Numbered from the stretch's first letter, positions 37,144 to 45,993 are shown. The stretch: 64,000 nt of DNA from an uncultured Planctomycetia bacterium (GCA_964431835.1 CAYSKO010000002.1:22802-86801); one strand, 5' to 3'. Notes: a model not told the origin generated them from the sequence alone. A program made the numbers and translations.

Positions 37144-38517
37144 ATGTCCCACACCCCCAACGCATCCAGGCCCGAGGCCGCTTTGCCTGTCTCGCGGCAG
37201 GATCTCGCGTCTTATTTCCTGAATGGGGTGAAGGATCCTTCCGATCTCCAAGTCGGTGTCGAGTGGGAGAAAATCGGTGTCCTTCGCGAGAACGGTCGAG
37301 CGATCCCGTATTCCGGCCCCCGCGGCGTTGAAGCGATCTTCGGTGAGCTTTCGCGCGGCTTCGGATGGGAGCCTGATTTTGAAAACGGCCACGCGATCGC
37401 CCTCCGTAAGGCGGGGTCTTCAATTACGCTCGAACCGGGCGGCCAGATCGAACTCTCCGGCCGCAAAGCGCGTTCGCTCGACGAAAACGCGACCGAGCTT
37501 TACGTGCACCTCTCCGAAATTCACGCCGTGTCCTCGCGTCTGGGTATCGTCTGGCTCGGCACGGGTCATCAGCCGTTCAGCCCGCTCGAAGAAATCGAAT
37601 GGGTCCCCAAAGAGCGTTACGCAATCATGCACGAGGTTCTCGCCGCCGGCGCCGCGACGCCCCGCATGATGAAGCAGACCGCTTCCATCCAAATCTCCGT
37701 CGACTATACGGGGGAGCGGGACGCCGCAGAAAAACTGCGCCTGGCGATGGCGCTCGCGCCCGTCTTTACGGCTGTCTTCGGAAATTCGCCCTTCGCGGAC
37801 GGCCGTCTGACCGGCGCGCTCTCCGAACGCGCGCGTGTATGGCTCGACACGGCGCCCGAACGCTCCGGCGTGATCCCCTCCGTTTTTCGCGAGGATTTTG
37901 GGATCGAGGATTACGTCGAGCATCTCCTTACGGTGCCCGCGCTTTTTATCCGCCGCGTCGGAAACTGGATCCCGCTCGGCGGAAGGCCGTTCGGCGAATT
38001 CCTCAAGAACGGATTCGAAGGTCACCGCGCGACTTCCGATGATTGGGAGCTGCATCTAACCACAATTTTCACGGAGGCACGGCTCAAAACCTACGTGGAA
38101 ATCCGGAGCGTCGACTGTCAAAAGACGGAAATCGGGCTTTCGGTGCCTGCGTTCGTGAAGGGAATTTTCTATGACGCGGACGCGCGTGCGGGCGCATGGG
38201 ATCTCATGAAGGATTGGACCGCGGAGGAGCGCCTCGCGCTCGCGCATGAAACCCCGGTGAGCGGGCTTGCGACGCCCATCCGCAGCGCGACCGTACTCGA
38301 TACCGCGCGGGAACTCGTCTCACTCGCGCGCATGGGCCTCGACCGCCTCGCCGAAAAAGATCCAGATCTTTCCGAGGATGCGACTTACCTTGAGCCTCTC
38401 GAGCACATGATCCGCCGCGGAAAGAATCCCGCCGAACTTCTCATCCAGCGCCTCGCCAAAGGCGTCGACGCCGACAACCGCCTCGCGGCGATGCTCGACT
38501 ACTCCTCGATCGCCTAG
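37144..38517 (+). CDS. gshA: Glutamate--cysteine ligase (GCS2, plant/proteobacterial type)
   Basis: GCS2 family pattern across the full length; divergently oriented relative to gshB. Confidence 0.8.
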   Translation: MSHTPNASRPEAALPVSRQDLASYFLNGVKDPSDLQVGVEWEKIGVLRENGRAIPYSGPRGVEAIFGELSRGFGWEPDFENGHAIALRKAGSSITLEPGGQIELSGRKARSLDENATELYVHLSEIHAVSSRLGIVWLGTGHQPFSPLEEIEWVPKERYAIMHEVLAAGAATPRMMKQTASIQISVDYTGERDAAEKLRLAMALAPVFTAVFGNSPFADGRLTGALSERARVWLDTAPERSGVIPSVFREDFGIEDYVEHLLTVPALFIRRVGNWIPLGGRPFGEFLKNGFEGHRATSDDWELHLTTIFTEARLKTYVEIRSVDCQKTEIGLSVPAFVKGIFYDADARAGAWDLMKDWTAEERLALAHETPVSGLATPIRSATVLDTARELVSLARMGLDRLAEKDPDLSEDATYLEPLEHMIRRGKNPAELLIQRLAKGVDADNRLAAMLDYSSIA

Positions 38518-39284
38518 CTTCTCAGTTTATACCCGATCCTGAAAAGCCGCTCGACCCCAATGAAGAGCCCCACCGCCATCGCCGCAGCCAGCGCCATGCT
38601 GACGCGCACATCCACGTCCGACACGCCGATCATCCCGTAGCGAAGACCGTTCACGAGGTAAAAGATGGGGTTGAGCCGCGTCACGATGCGAAGCGGCTCG
38701 GGAACCATCGAGATACTGTGGAACACGCCGCCGAAATAGATGAGCGGCGTGATCACGAACGTGCTCCAAAACGAAAGCTTCTCGAATCCATCCGCCCAGA
38801 GCCCCACAATGAGGCCCAAACACGAAAAAACGAACGTGACCGTCACCGCGAAATAGAGGACGATCCACGGATCGTGGAACGCGAATCGCGTGAAACAGAG
38901 GGACACGAGATAAACCCCTCCCGCGGCGATCAGCCCCCGGCAGATGCCGCCTGCCAGAAGCCCGAGCACCATCTCGAAGTACGACAAGGGAGACAGGAGG
39001 AGCTCCTGGATGATGTTGTGCCAGCGCGAGATGAAAAGCGACGAAGACGTGTTCGTGTACGGCGCCTCGATGAGATGCATCATGACGAGACCGGGGATCA
39101 TGAACTGGAGATACGGGACGCCGCCCTCGACCGCGCCGACGCTTCGCCCGATTGAAAGACCGAACACGAAGATGAAGAGCGACGACGAGACCAGCGGCGG
39201 AAGGATCGTCTGCGAATAGACGATAAAGAACCGCACCACCTCCCGCTTGGCGAGCGTGCGAAGGCCGATCGGGTTGCCGCTCAT
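38514..39284 (-). CDS. ABC-2 type transporter permease
   Basis: Six TM helices and the ABC-2 family signature; start at MSGNPIGL (the ORF-track upstream extension is GC-frame artefact); ATGA overlap with the ATPase gene. Confidence 0.7.
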   Translation of the reverse strand: MSGNPIGLRTLAKREVVRFFIVYSQTILPPLVSSSLFIFVFGLSIGRSVGAVEGGVPYLQFMIPGLVMMHLIEAPYTNTSSSLFISRWHNIIQELLLSPLSYFEMVLGLLAGGICRGLIAAGGVYLVSLCFTRFAFHDPWIVLYFAVTVTFVFSCLGLIVGLWADGFEKLSFWSTFVITPLIYFGGVFHSISMVPEPLRIVTRLNPIFYLVNGLRYGMIGVSDVDVRVSMALAAAMAVGLFIGVERLFRIGYKLRS

Positions 39285-40012
39285 TCGGATTTCTCCCGGG
39301 TCAGCTCGAGGAACCGGTGCTCGAGGCTTTTGTCGCGGAGAAGCTCGTCCTTCGGCCCGTGGTGGACGAGCCGGCCTTTGTCGAGAATCATGATGGTCTT
39401 CGCGAGTTTTTCGGCCTCCTCCATGTAATGCGTGGTGAGGAACACTGTTTTTCCTGCGTCGTTCACGCGCTTCAGGAAATCCCAAATATGGTATTTCACC
39501 TCGAGGTCTGCGCCCGCGGTCGGCTCGTCCAGAATCAGTATCTCGGGGTCGTGGATGAGCGCGCGCAGAACGAGGAGGCGGCGCTTCATGCCGCCCGACA
39601 GTTTCCGGAAATCTTGGGCCCGCTTCTCGTAGAGCCCGAACTCGGACAGAAGCCGGTCCGCGCGCTCGGCCGCAACGTTCTTCGGCATCCCGAAATAACC
39701 GGCCTGGTAGATCAAAAGCTGGCGAATCGAAAGAAAAGGGTCGAAATTGAATTCCTGGGGGCACAGGCCAATCATCGGCCGCGTTTTGCGGTAGTCGCGA
39801 ACCACGTCGTGTCCGAATACGCGGATCGAGCCTTCCTTGAAATTGGAAAGGCCCGTGATCGAATGAATGGTCGTGGTCTTCCCGGCGCCGTTCGGCCCAA
39901 GGAAAGCCACGAAATCGCCCCGGCGAACCTCGAAAGAAAGGCCGTCCACGGCGCGCAGGTTTCCGTACGTTTTGACGAGTCCTTCGACAACGATAGCGTT
40001 CTCGGGCGCCAA
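39281..40012 (-). CDS. ABC transporter ATP-binding protein (TTG start with GGAGGA SD)
   Basis: Walker A GPNGAGKTTT, signature LSGGMKRRL, Walker B ILILDEPT. Start placed at TTG preceded by GGAGGA-5 nt; the ORF-track N-terminal extension is not supported. Confidence 0.8.
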   Translation of the reverse strand: MAPENAIVVEGLVKTYGNLRAVDGLSFEVRRGDFVAFLGPNGAGKTTTIHSITGLSNFKEGSIRVFGHDVVRDYRKTRPMIGLCPQEFNFDPFLSIRQLLIYQAGYFGMPKNVAAERADRLLSEFGLYEKRAQDFRKLSGGMKRRLLVLRALIHDPEILILDEPTAGADLEVKYHIWDFLKRVNDAGKTVFLTTHYMEEAEKLAKTIMILDKGRLVHHGPKDELLRDKSLEHRFLELTREKSE

Positions 40013-40054
40013 GATTCTTCCTCCGGTTTGCTCTCTTCTTGTATAATACCCCGC

Positions 40055-40681
40055 ATGCCTCTGAAAAAGAACGCGAAAAAGATCAAAGTCGTGCTTTTCG
40101 ATCTCGGGAAGGTGCTTCTCCACTTCAACTTCGAACCGGCGTTCAAACGCCTGGCCCGCCACACCGACCTCACGCCCAAGGACATCGAAGATTATTTCGT
40201 CGTTTCGGGGCTTGAGGTGCTCTACGACGGCGGCAAGATATCCTCGCGCCGTTTCTTCTCCGAAGTGAAGAAGGGCCTGCGCCTTCGGATCGGCTACGCG
40301 GAGTTCGAGAAAATCTGGAACGGCATTTTCACGCCGAAGCCGGACACGATCCGGCTCCTCAAGCGCCTCGAGGGCCGCTGCAAGCTCGTCCTCGTCTCCA
40401 ACACCAACGCAATGCACTACGCCTACATCCATAAGAAGTACCGCTTCCTCGACGTCTTCGACCGCCACGTGCTTTCGTTCCGCGTGAAGATGCGCAAACC
40501 AGACCCGCACATCTACGAAACCGCGCTTCGGCACGCCGGCGCGAAACCCGAAGAGGCATTTTACATCGACGACCGGCAGGACCTCACCGAAGCCGCGTCC
40601 GAACTCGGCATCCGTTCGCACACCTACCGCGGCGACGCGGCGGCGCTCGAACGCGAACTTAAGGAGCTCTCCCTTTTATGA
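40055..40681 (+). CDS. HAD-superfamily hydrolase (subfamily IA-like)
   Basis: VVLFDLGKVL motif I and a downstream HAD core. Divergent from the ABC ATPase with only 42 nt between the two starts; tgtataat extended -10 upstream. Confidence 0.65.
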   Translation: MPLKKNAKKIKVVLFDLGKVLLHFNFEPAFKRLARHTDLTPKDIEDYFVVSGLEVLYDGGKISSRRFFSEVKKGLRLRIGYAEFEKIWNGIFTPKPDTIRLLKRLEGRCKLVLVSNTNAMHYAYIHKKYRFLDVFDRHVLSFRVKMRKPDPHIYETALRHAGAKPEEAFYIDDRQDLTEAASELGIRSHTYRGDAAALERELKELSLL

Positions 40682-41502
40682 AGAAACGCGCGGACGTTCT
40701 AGACACGGCGGTCCGGGCGGCCCTGGCTGCCGGTAAACTGCTCATGGGGTCGTACGGAAAACTCTCGGCCGGCCAAATCCATTCCAAATCGAAGAACGAT
40801 TTCGTGACCGACTTGGACCGGAAATCGGAGAAGCTTGTCGTCTCGGCGATCCGGAAAAGCTTTCCGGAGGACGCGATCCAAGCCGAGGAGGGCGGCGTGA
40901 CCCCCGGCGGCGGCCGCGTGTGGATCATCGACCCGCTGGACGGCACGTCGAACTACATCCACCAGATTCCGCTCTTCGCGGTATCGATCGGCGTGATGGA
41001 AGGCGGCCGCCTCACCGCCGGAGTTGTTTACGATCCGCTCCATAAGGAGCTTTTCACCGCGCGGCGCGGCAAGGGCGCATTCCTGAACGGCAAGCGCCTG
41101 CGCGTCACGAAAACACCCAAACTCGCGCGCGCATTCATGGCAACGGGCATCCCGTTCCGCGCCCACGACCGCTTTCAGCAGTACCTGAAGTCGTTCGAGA
41201 CCATTTCGCTTTCGTCGGCCGGCATGCGCCGCTGTGGCTCCGCCGCGCTCGACCTCTCGTACGTCGCGGCGGGCCGCTTCGACGGCTTCTGGGAGCTCGA
41301 TCTTTCGCCGTGGGACATCGCGGCGGGCTCGCTCATCGTCACCGAGGCCGGCGGGAAAGCCACGGATTTCTGGGGGAAAGAAGACCACTTGAAAAGCGGC
41401 GACACGCTCGCCTCGAACGGGGTGATCCACGGCGAGCTGCAAAAGATTCTGTCTCGTCTGGTCACGCCGCTCGGAAAAGACAAACTGTGTCCCTCCGCTT
41501 AG
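40678..41502 (+). CDS. suhB: Inositol monophosphatase family protein (SuhB/IMPase)
   Basis: WIIDPLDGTSNY and the other IMPase metal-binding motifs. Confidence 0.8.
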   Translation: MKKRADVLDTAVRAALAAGKLLMGSYGKLSAGQIHSKSKNDFVTDLDRKSEKLVVSAIRKSFPEDAIQAEEGGVTPGGGRVWIIDPLDGTSNYIHQIPLFAVSIGVMEGGRLTAGVVYDPLHKELFTARRGKGAFLNGKRLRVTKTPKLARAFMATGIPFRAHDRFQQYLKSFETISLSSAGMRRCGSAALDLSYVAAGRFDGFWELDLSPWDIAAGSLIVTEAGGKATDFWGKEDHLKSGDTLASNGVIHGELQKILSRLVTPLGKDKLCPSA

Positions 41503-41513
41503 AAGACGACAAG

Positions 41514-41906
41514 ATGTGCTACGTCTGCGGGAAGGATAACCCCGCAGGCCTCCGAATGACGTTCGAGCAACCTGAACCCGGCGTCCTCACCTCGACGTAC
41601 ACGTTCAAGCGGGAGCACCAGGGCTACAAAGGAATCGTGCACGGCGGGATGATTGCGATGGTACTCGACGAAATGATGATCAACGTGGGCTGGATCGAGG
41701 GCTTCCAAATCGTCACGGGAGAACTCACGGTGCGCTTAAAAAAACCCGCGTCGGTGGGGGAGTCGATCCGCTTCGAAGGACGGCTCGAAAACCGCGAGGG
41801 GAGAGTCCTTCGCGGGCGCGCCGAAGCCCGGAACGCGGCGGGCGAGATCCTTGCGGAAGCCACGGCCTCCTGCGTGCGGGTGCGGCCGCCCGCGGATAAT
41901 TCTTGA
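41514..41906 (+). CDS. Hotdog-fold thioesterase (PaaI/4HBT-like)
   Basis: GIVHGGMIAMVLDEMM motif; start at the internal ATG (MCYVCGKDNP). Confidence 0.6.
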   Translation: MCYVCGKDNPAGLRMTFEQPEPGVLTSTYTFKREHQGYKGIVHGGMIAMVLDEMMINVGWIEGFQIVTGELTVRLKKPASVGESIRFEGRLENREGRVLRGRAEARNAAGEILAEATASCVRVRPPADNS

Positions 41907-41939
41907 TCGCCGCTCCTCTCACGGAGTAAACTGATTCCC

Positions 41940-42119
41940 ATGCCTTACATCAGCCTTCGAGTCGCCGGAAAGCTCACGCGCGACCAAAAGAACGCGATCG
42001 CCAAAGAGTTCGCGGAAACTCTCGAGAAACACGCCGGGAAACCCAAAGATTCCACGTATCTCGTGTTCGACGAAGTCGACCGCGAGAATTGGGCCAAGGG
42101 CGAGAAGCTCCTCGGATAA
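41940..42119 (+). CDS. 4-oxalocrotonate tautomerase family protein (59 aa; not in the ORF track because it is under 60 aa)
   Basis: MPYISLRVAG... with the catalytic Pro1 context typical of the tautomerase superfamily; stop taa at 42117-42119. Confidence 0.5.
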   Translation: MPYISLRVAGKLTRDQKNAIAKEFAETLEKHAGKPKDSTYLVFDEVDRENWAKGEKLLG

Positions 42120-42125
42120 CGCCCG

Positions 42126-42521
42126 ATGCCGATCGAAAAGCAGCTCTCGGTTTTCATGGACAATAAACCGGGGCGGCTTTCCGCGATCTGCGGCATGCTG
42201 GCCGAAGCCGACATCAATATCTTTGCGATGTCGGTCCACGACACCGTCGATCACGCGATCGTGCGCCTCATCGTGGACAACCCGACGAAGGCGCTGATCC
42301 TACTCGAGGAAGAAGGCGTCTACATCGTCACGCAGGACGTCGTCGTGCTCTCGACCGACAACCGGCCCGGCATCATCTCCGCCATCGCCAAAAAACTCTT
42401 CCGCGCCGACATCAACATCGAATACGCGTACTGCACCGCGACCAAGAGCCAGGATCACGGCTGTCTCGTCATCAAAACGAAGGACGCCGAGCAGACGCTC
42501 GAGATCCTCGAAGAAAATTGA
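42126..42521 (+). CDS. Tandem ACT-domain protein
   Basis: Two ACT-like ligand-binding repeats (LSVFMDNKPGRLSAICGML... and VVLSTDNRPGIISAIAKKL...). Confidence 0.6.
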   Translation: MPIEKQLSVFMDNKPGRLSAICGMLAEADINIFAMSVHDTVDHAIVRLIVDNPTKALILLEEEGVYIVTQDVVVLSTDNRPGIISAIAKKLFRADINIEYAYCTATKSQDHGCLVIKTKDAEQTLEILEEN

Positions 42522-42522
42522 T

Positions 42523-43176
42523 CTGAAACCCGCTCTCTTTTTCCTCTCGCTCCTTTTCGTATTCGCGCTGGTTTCGGCGCACGCCGCTCCTGAACGCCAG
42601 AACGGCGTCGTCACCGAAGCGTTGAGCGGCGACACGATCCGCCTGAAGGGCGGAAAGACGGTGCGCTACATCGGCATCGCCGCGCCTCCGCTCCAGAGCC
42701 GCCTGCCGCTCCTTCGCCAATACGGCGAGGAGGCGCGCGATTTCAATTCGAAGCTCGTTGCCGGGAAGACCGTGCAGGTGGAGTGGGACTCGCAGATCCG
42801 AGACCAGCACAACAATCTGCTCGGCTATGTCTTTCTCGAGGATGGCACGTTCGTGAACGAGGCGCTCGCCCGCGAGGGCCACGCCAAGGCGTACCCGCTG
42901 CCGCCGAACATGCGCCTCTCCGCCGCGATCCGAAAGGCCGAGCTCGAAGCGCGCCGCCAGAAAAAGGGACTCTGGAAAGAGGAGCCCGACAATCCTTACA
43001 TTCGCAGTGAATTCATCGGCGACAAGAACACGAAGCTCTATTATTTCCCGACCTCCCCCGAGCTCGAACGTATCGCCGAAGCGCACACGGTGAAATTCCG
43101 TTCGCGCGTCGACGCCAAAGCCGCCGGGTACCGCGCTTGCCCAACCTGCAAGGAAGAGGCCGAACCTTTTCTTTGA
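42523..43176 (+). CDS. Secreted thermonuclease (SNase) paralogue with a Cys-containing C-terminal extension; start codon uncertain
   Basis: SNase core (GDTIRLKGGKTVRYIGIAAP...LLGYVFLEDGTFVNEALAREGHAKAY). An in-frame hydrophobic signal-like segment LKPALFFLSLLFVFALVSAHAA lies upstream of the ORF-track TTG at 42622, with no canonical ATG/GTG before it. Confidence 0.55.
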   Translation: MKPALFFLSLLFVFALVSAHAAPERQNGVVTEALSGDTIRLKGGKTVRYIGIAAPPLQSRLPLLRQYGEEARDFNSKLVAGKTVQVEWDSQIRDQHNNLLGYVFLEDGTFVNEALAREGHAKAYPLPPNMRLSAAIRKAELEARRQKKGLWKEEPDNPYIRSEFIGDKNTKLYYFPTSPELERIAEAHTVKFRSRVDAKAAGYRACPTCKEEAEPFL

Positions 43177-43227
43177 TCCACCGGAGTTCCGCCGTTTGAA
43201 CCGCCCACATCCCCAGGAGATCGCGCG

Positions 43228-43428
43228 ATGAGAGGTATCGTGAAGTGGTTTTCGAACCAGAAGGGCTACGGCTTCATCACTCCCGACGGCGGCGGAAAAG
43301 ACGTGTTCGTCCACCACGGCTCCATCCAGGAAGACGGCTACAAAACCCTCGACGAGGGCCAGGCGGTGGAGTTCGACGTCACGCCGGGACCCAAAGGGGA
43401 GCAGGCGGCGGCCGTCCGTAAGGTTTAA
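43228..43428 (+). CDS. cspA: Cold-shock protein (CspA family)
   Basis: [12 protein letters not shown] (RNP1) and VFVHH (RNP2) motifs. Confidence 0.9.
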   Translation: MRGIVKWFSNQKGYGFITPDGGGKDVFVHHGSIQEDGYKTLDEGQAVEFDVTPGPKGEQAAAVRKV

Positions 43429-43533
43429 CCCTTTTCCTAAAGCCCTGCAAAGGCCCGTTTGAGGGCTTTTGCGGGGCTTTTTCGTGCCCGGCGCGACTCT
43501 CTTCCTGTCCTTCCAATTCCATGGGGGCTTCCC

Positions 43534-43562
43534 TTGAAAAGGGTGGAGGGGGGTGCTATACT
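43534..43562 (+). promoter_or_regulatory. Near-consensus sigma70 promoter (TTGAAA-17 nt-TATACT) for the PilZ gene
   Basis: ttgaaa at 43534-43539 and tatact at 43557-43562; the G-rich spacer forms a short inverted repeat (gggggg...ccccc) with the downstream sequence. Confidence 0.45.
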
Positions 43563-43604
43563 TCCCCCACGTGTCCCCAACCTTTAGGAAGGAGCACTCC
43601 AAGC

Positions 43605-44027
43605 ATGATAGATCAGTCCGCAGCCTCGGGTTTTCAGAATCGCAGGGAATTCTTCCGCCTTAAATTCAACACGCCCGTCGAGTTCAAATCCTACTCGCCG
43701 AAAACCGACAAGAAACCGGCCTTCACTCCGGTGCAGGGAACGACCCAAAACGTGAGCCAGTCCGGGATACTTTTCCAGACCGGCATGAATCCGCCGCAGC
43801 TTTCGAGCATCCTCTGGATGAACGTCGACCTCCGGACTCTCAAAATCTGCCAGGAAATCGAATCCCGCGCGATCGTGTTCCAGAGCGGCGTTCTCGGTCG
43901 CGTGGTCCGCGTCGAAGAAGATCCGAAGGACGGCTCCTACGACATCGGCGTCTGCTTTCTCACGCAGGAACAGCGCGATTCGCGCGAAGTCCGCGAGATC
44001 CTCACGGAGCTCGAGAGCGCGAAGTAA
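43605..44027 (+). CDS. Stand-alone PilZ-domain (c-di-GMP binding) protein
   Basis: RREFFRLKF (RxxxR) and NVSQSGILF (D/N-x-S-x-x-G) motifs; start at the internal ATG (MIDQSAAS). Confidence 0.6.
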   Translation: MIDQSAASGFQNRREFFRLKFNTPVEFKSYSPKTDKKPAFTPVQGTTQNVSQSGILFQTGMNPPQLSSILWMNVDLRTLKICQEIESRAIVFQSGVLGRVVRVEEDPKDGSYDIGVCFLTQEQRDSREVREILTELESAK

Positions 44028-44035
44028 AAGCGGCG

Positions 44036-44069
44036 AAAAAACCCCCGCGAAACCCGCGGGGGTTTTTTT
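44036..44069 (+). terminator. Rho-independent terminator (cccccgcg / cgcggggg stem plus T7)
   Basis: aaaaacccccgcgaaacccgcgggggttttttt directly after the PilZ stop. Confidence 0.8.
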
Positions 44070-44074
44070 ACGCC

Positions 44075-44103
44075 TTGACAATTGAACGGTCGTTCAATAT
44101 ACT
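44075..44103 (+). promoter_or_regulatory. Consensus sigma70 promoter (TTGACA-17 nt-TATACT) with an embedded Cheo-type LexA operator TTGAACGGTCGTTCAA (44082-44097)
   Basis: A GAAC-N4-GTTC palindrome with flanking TT/AA lies exactly between -35 and -10, 33 nt upstream of the lexA ATG. Confidence 0.65.
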
Positions 44104-44129
44104 CGCCATAACAACCACAAGGAGCGCGC

Positions 44130-44714
44130 ATGACCGACAAAATCGACGTACCCGAAACGCTGAAACGGCTTCGCGGTTTCTACCGCCGCCACAAGCGCGC
44201 GCCCAACTTCGAGGAAATCCGCAAGCTCTTCAACTACAAATCCAAGAACGCCGCGTTTTGGCTCGTGAAGCGCCTGACCGAGGGCGGCTACGTGAAGAAA
44301 GACTCGAAGGGAAAGCTCCTGTTCGACACGCTGATGGGCGTGAAGCTTTTGGGCAGCGTACAGGCGGGTTTCCCGAGTCCGGCCGAGGAAGAGCTCGTCG
44401 ACACGATGAGCTTGGACGACTTCCTGATCGAGCATCCGGAACAGACGTTCCTCGTGAAGGTCACCGGCGATTCGATGATCGACGCCGGCATCCACGAGGG
44501 CGATCTGGTGGTCGTCGAGCGCGGCCGAGCGCCGAAGGTCCGCGACATCGTCATCGCGCAGGTCGACGGGAACTGGACCATGAAGTACTACGAGAAAGAA
44601 AAGAACGGCGCGGTCGTCCTCATCGCCGCCAACAAGAAATACCCGCCGATCCGGCCGAAATCCGAACTCACCGTCGGAGGGGTCGTCGTTGCCGTCATCC
44701 GAAAATACCGCTAA
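44130..44714 (+). CDS. lexA: LexA repressor (S24 peptidase)
   Basis: N-terminal winged HTH and the C-terminal S24 domain with GDSM (Ser nucleophile) and the Lys of the dyad (...MKYYEKEKNG...). Confidence 0.85.
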   Translation: MTDKIDVPETLKRLRGFYRRHKRAPNFEEIRKLFNYKSKNAAFWLVKRLTEGGYVKKDSKGKLLFDTLMGVKLLGSVQAGFPSPAEEELVDTMSLDDFLIEHPEQTFLVKVTGDSMIDAGIHEGDLVVVERGRAPKVRDIVIAQVDGNWTMKYYEKEKNGAVVLIAANKKYPPIRPKSELTVGGVVVAVIRKYR

Positions 44715-45993
44715 AGCGATCCTGCACGTCGACGGCGACGCGTTCTTCGCGAGCGTCGAGGAATCGCTCGATCCTTCGCTGAAGGGCAAGCCCGTGATCA
44801 CGGGCAAAGAGCGCGGTATCGCGGCGTCGATGAACTACGAGGCCAAACGCCGCGGCGTCACGCGCGCGATGACGCTCCGCGAAGTGAAGCGCGTCTGCCC
44901 GGACTGCGTGATCCTGCCGAACGACTACGAAACCTACAGCCTCGTTTCGAAGCGTCTTTTCACGATCCTGAAGCGCTTTACGCCGGAGGTAGAGGAAGCG
45001 TCGATCGACGAAGGCTACGCGGACATCACGGGCCTCAGGCGGCCGCTCCGCATGACCTACGAAGAGATCGCGCTCAAGATGAAGGAAACGGTGAAGAACG
45101 AGCTGGGCATCCCGGTCTCGATCGGCCTCGGTTCGTCCAAGACGATCGCGAAGATCTGCTCGAAATGGAAGAAGCCGGACGGTTTTTACGCGGTGCGAGG
45201 GGAGCACGACCTCACGCGCTTCCTGGCCCAGGTTTCGGCTTCACAGGTCTGCGGCATCGGCCCTAACACGACCGCGCTCCTGGGCAAGCACGGCATCTAC
45301 ACGGCGCTGGATTACGTGAGCCGCCCCGAACCCGTCATCCGGAAGCTGATGGGCAAGATCGGCTCGGAATTGTGGAGGGAATTGAGAGGGGAGTACGTTT
45401 ACCCCGTTTCCACGGCCGCCCCGCCGCCGCAGGCTTCACTCAGCAAGGTGAAGACATTCACGCCGCCGACCGACGATGCGGAATTCGTGCGCGCTCAGCT
45501 TCTACGGAATCTCGAGTCCGCGTTCATCAAGCTGCGCCGCCACGGCCTGCGCACGTCGAACATCTACGTATTCCTTAGGGATTCCGATTTCCGCGGCTAT
45601 TACGCGGGCGCCGAGCTGACCCGGCCGACGTCGTCGACTCTCGAGGTCGCTGCGGTGGCCGCGGCGCTTTTGGTTAAGATCTTCAAAAAGAACGTCCGGT
45701 ACCGTCAGACTGGCGTCGCGATGAACCGGCTCACGGCCGACGGCGACGTCCAGCTGGACCTGTTCGAAGACGGCTGCCGGGCCAAGGCCATGCGGCGGCT
45801 GTCGATGGTGGCCGACCAGGTCAACGCCCGGTTCGGCAAGCACACGCTGCACCTGGCTTCCACGGACGTCCTCGGCCGCTTCCAGCAGCATCTGGGCGAC
45901 CGCGGCGACCTGGCCGGCCGCAAGGTCGAGCTGATCCCCGGAGAGACCTTCCGTCAGCACATCAACATCCCGGTCTGGAAGATCGCCGTTTAA
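44689..45993 (+). CDS. Y-family DNA polymerase (DinB/UmuC-like), TTG start overlapping the lexA 3' end by 26 nt
   Basis: ILHVDGDAFFASVE and the rest of the IMS/UmuC catalytic core; located downstream of lexA in the same orientation. Confidence 0.8.
   Translation: MPSSENTAKAILHVDGDAFFASVEESLDPSLKGKPVITGKERGIAASMNYEAKRRGVTRAMTLREVKRVCPDCVILPNDYETYSLVSKRLFTILKRFTPEVEEASIDEGYADITGLRRPLRMTYEEIALKMKETVKNELGIPVSIGLGSSKTIAKICSKWKKPDGFYAVRGEHDLTRFLAQVSASQVCGIGPNTTALLGKHGIYTALDYVSRPEPVIRKLMGKIGSELWRELRGEYVYPVSTAAPPPQASLSKVKTFTPPTDDAEFVRAQLLRNLESAFIKLRRHGLRTSNIYVFLRDSDFRGYYAGAELTRPTSSTLEVAAVAAALLVKIFKKNVRYRQTGVAMNRLTADGDVQLDLFEDGCRAKAMRRLSMVADQVNARFGKHTLHLASTDVLGRFQQHLGDRGDLAGRKVELIPGETFRQHINIPVWKIAV

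Noticed and set aside
39284-39764. N-terminal 160-codon extension of the ABC-2 permease ORF and 200-codon extension of the ABC ATPase ORF
   Set aside because: The translations are Arg/Pro-rich nonsense with no homology and overlap neighbouring genes. Internal starts with SD sequences (ATG at 39284; TTG at 40012 preceded by GGAGGA) give normal-length proteins.
43447-43492. Hairpin downstream of cspA as a strong intrinsic terminator
   Set aside because: The stem (aaagccc...gggcttt) has a large loop and only a short T tract. It is plausible but weak, so it is not listed as a feature.
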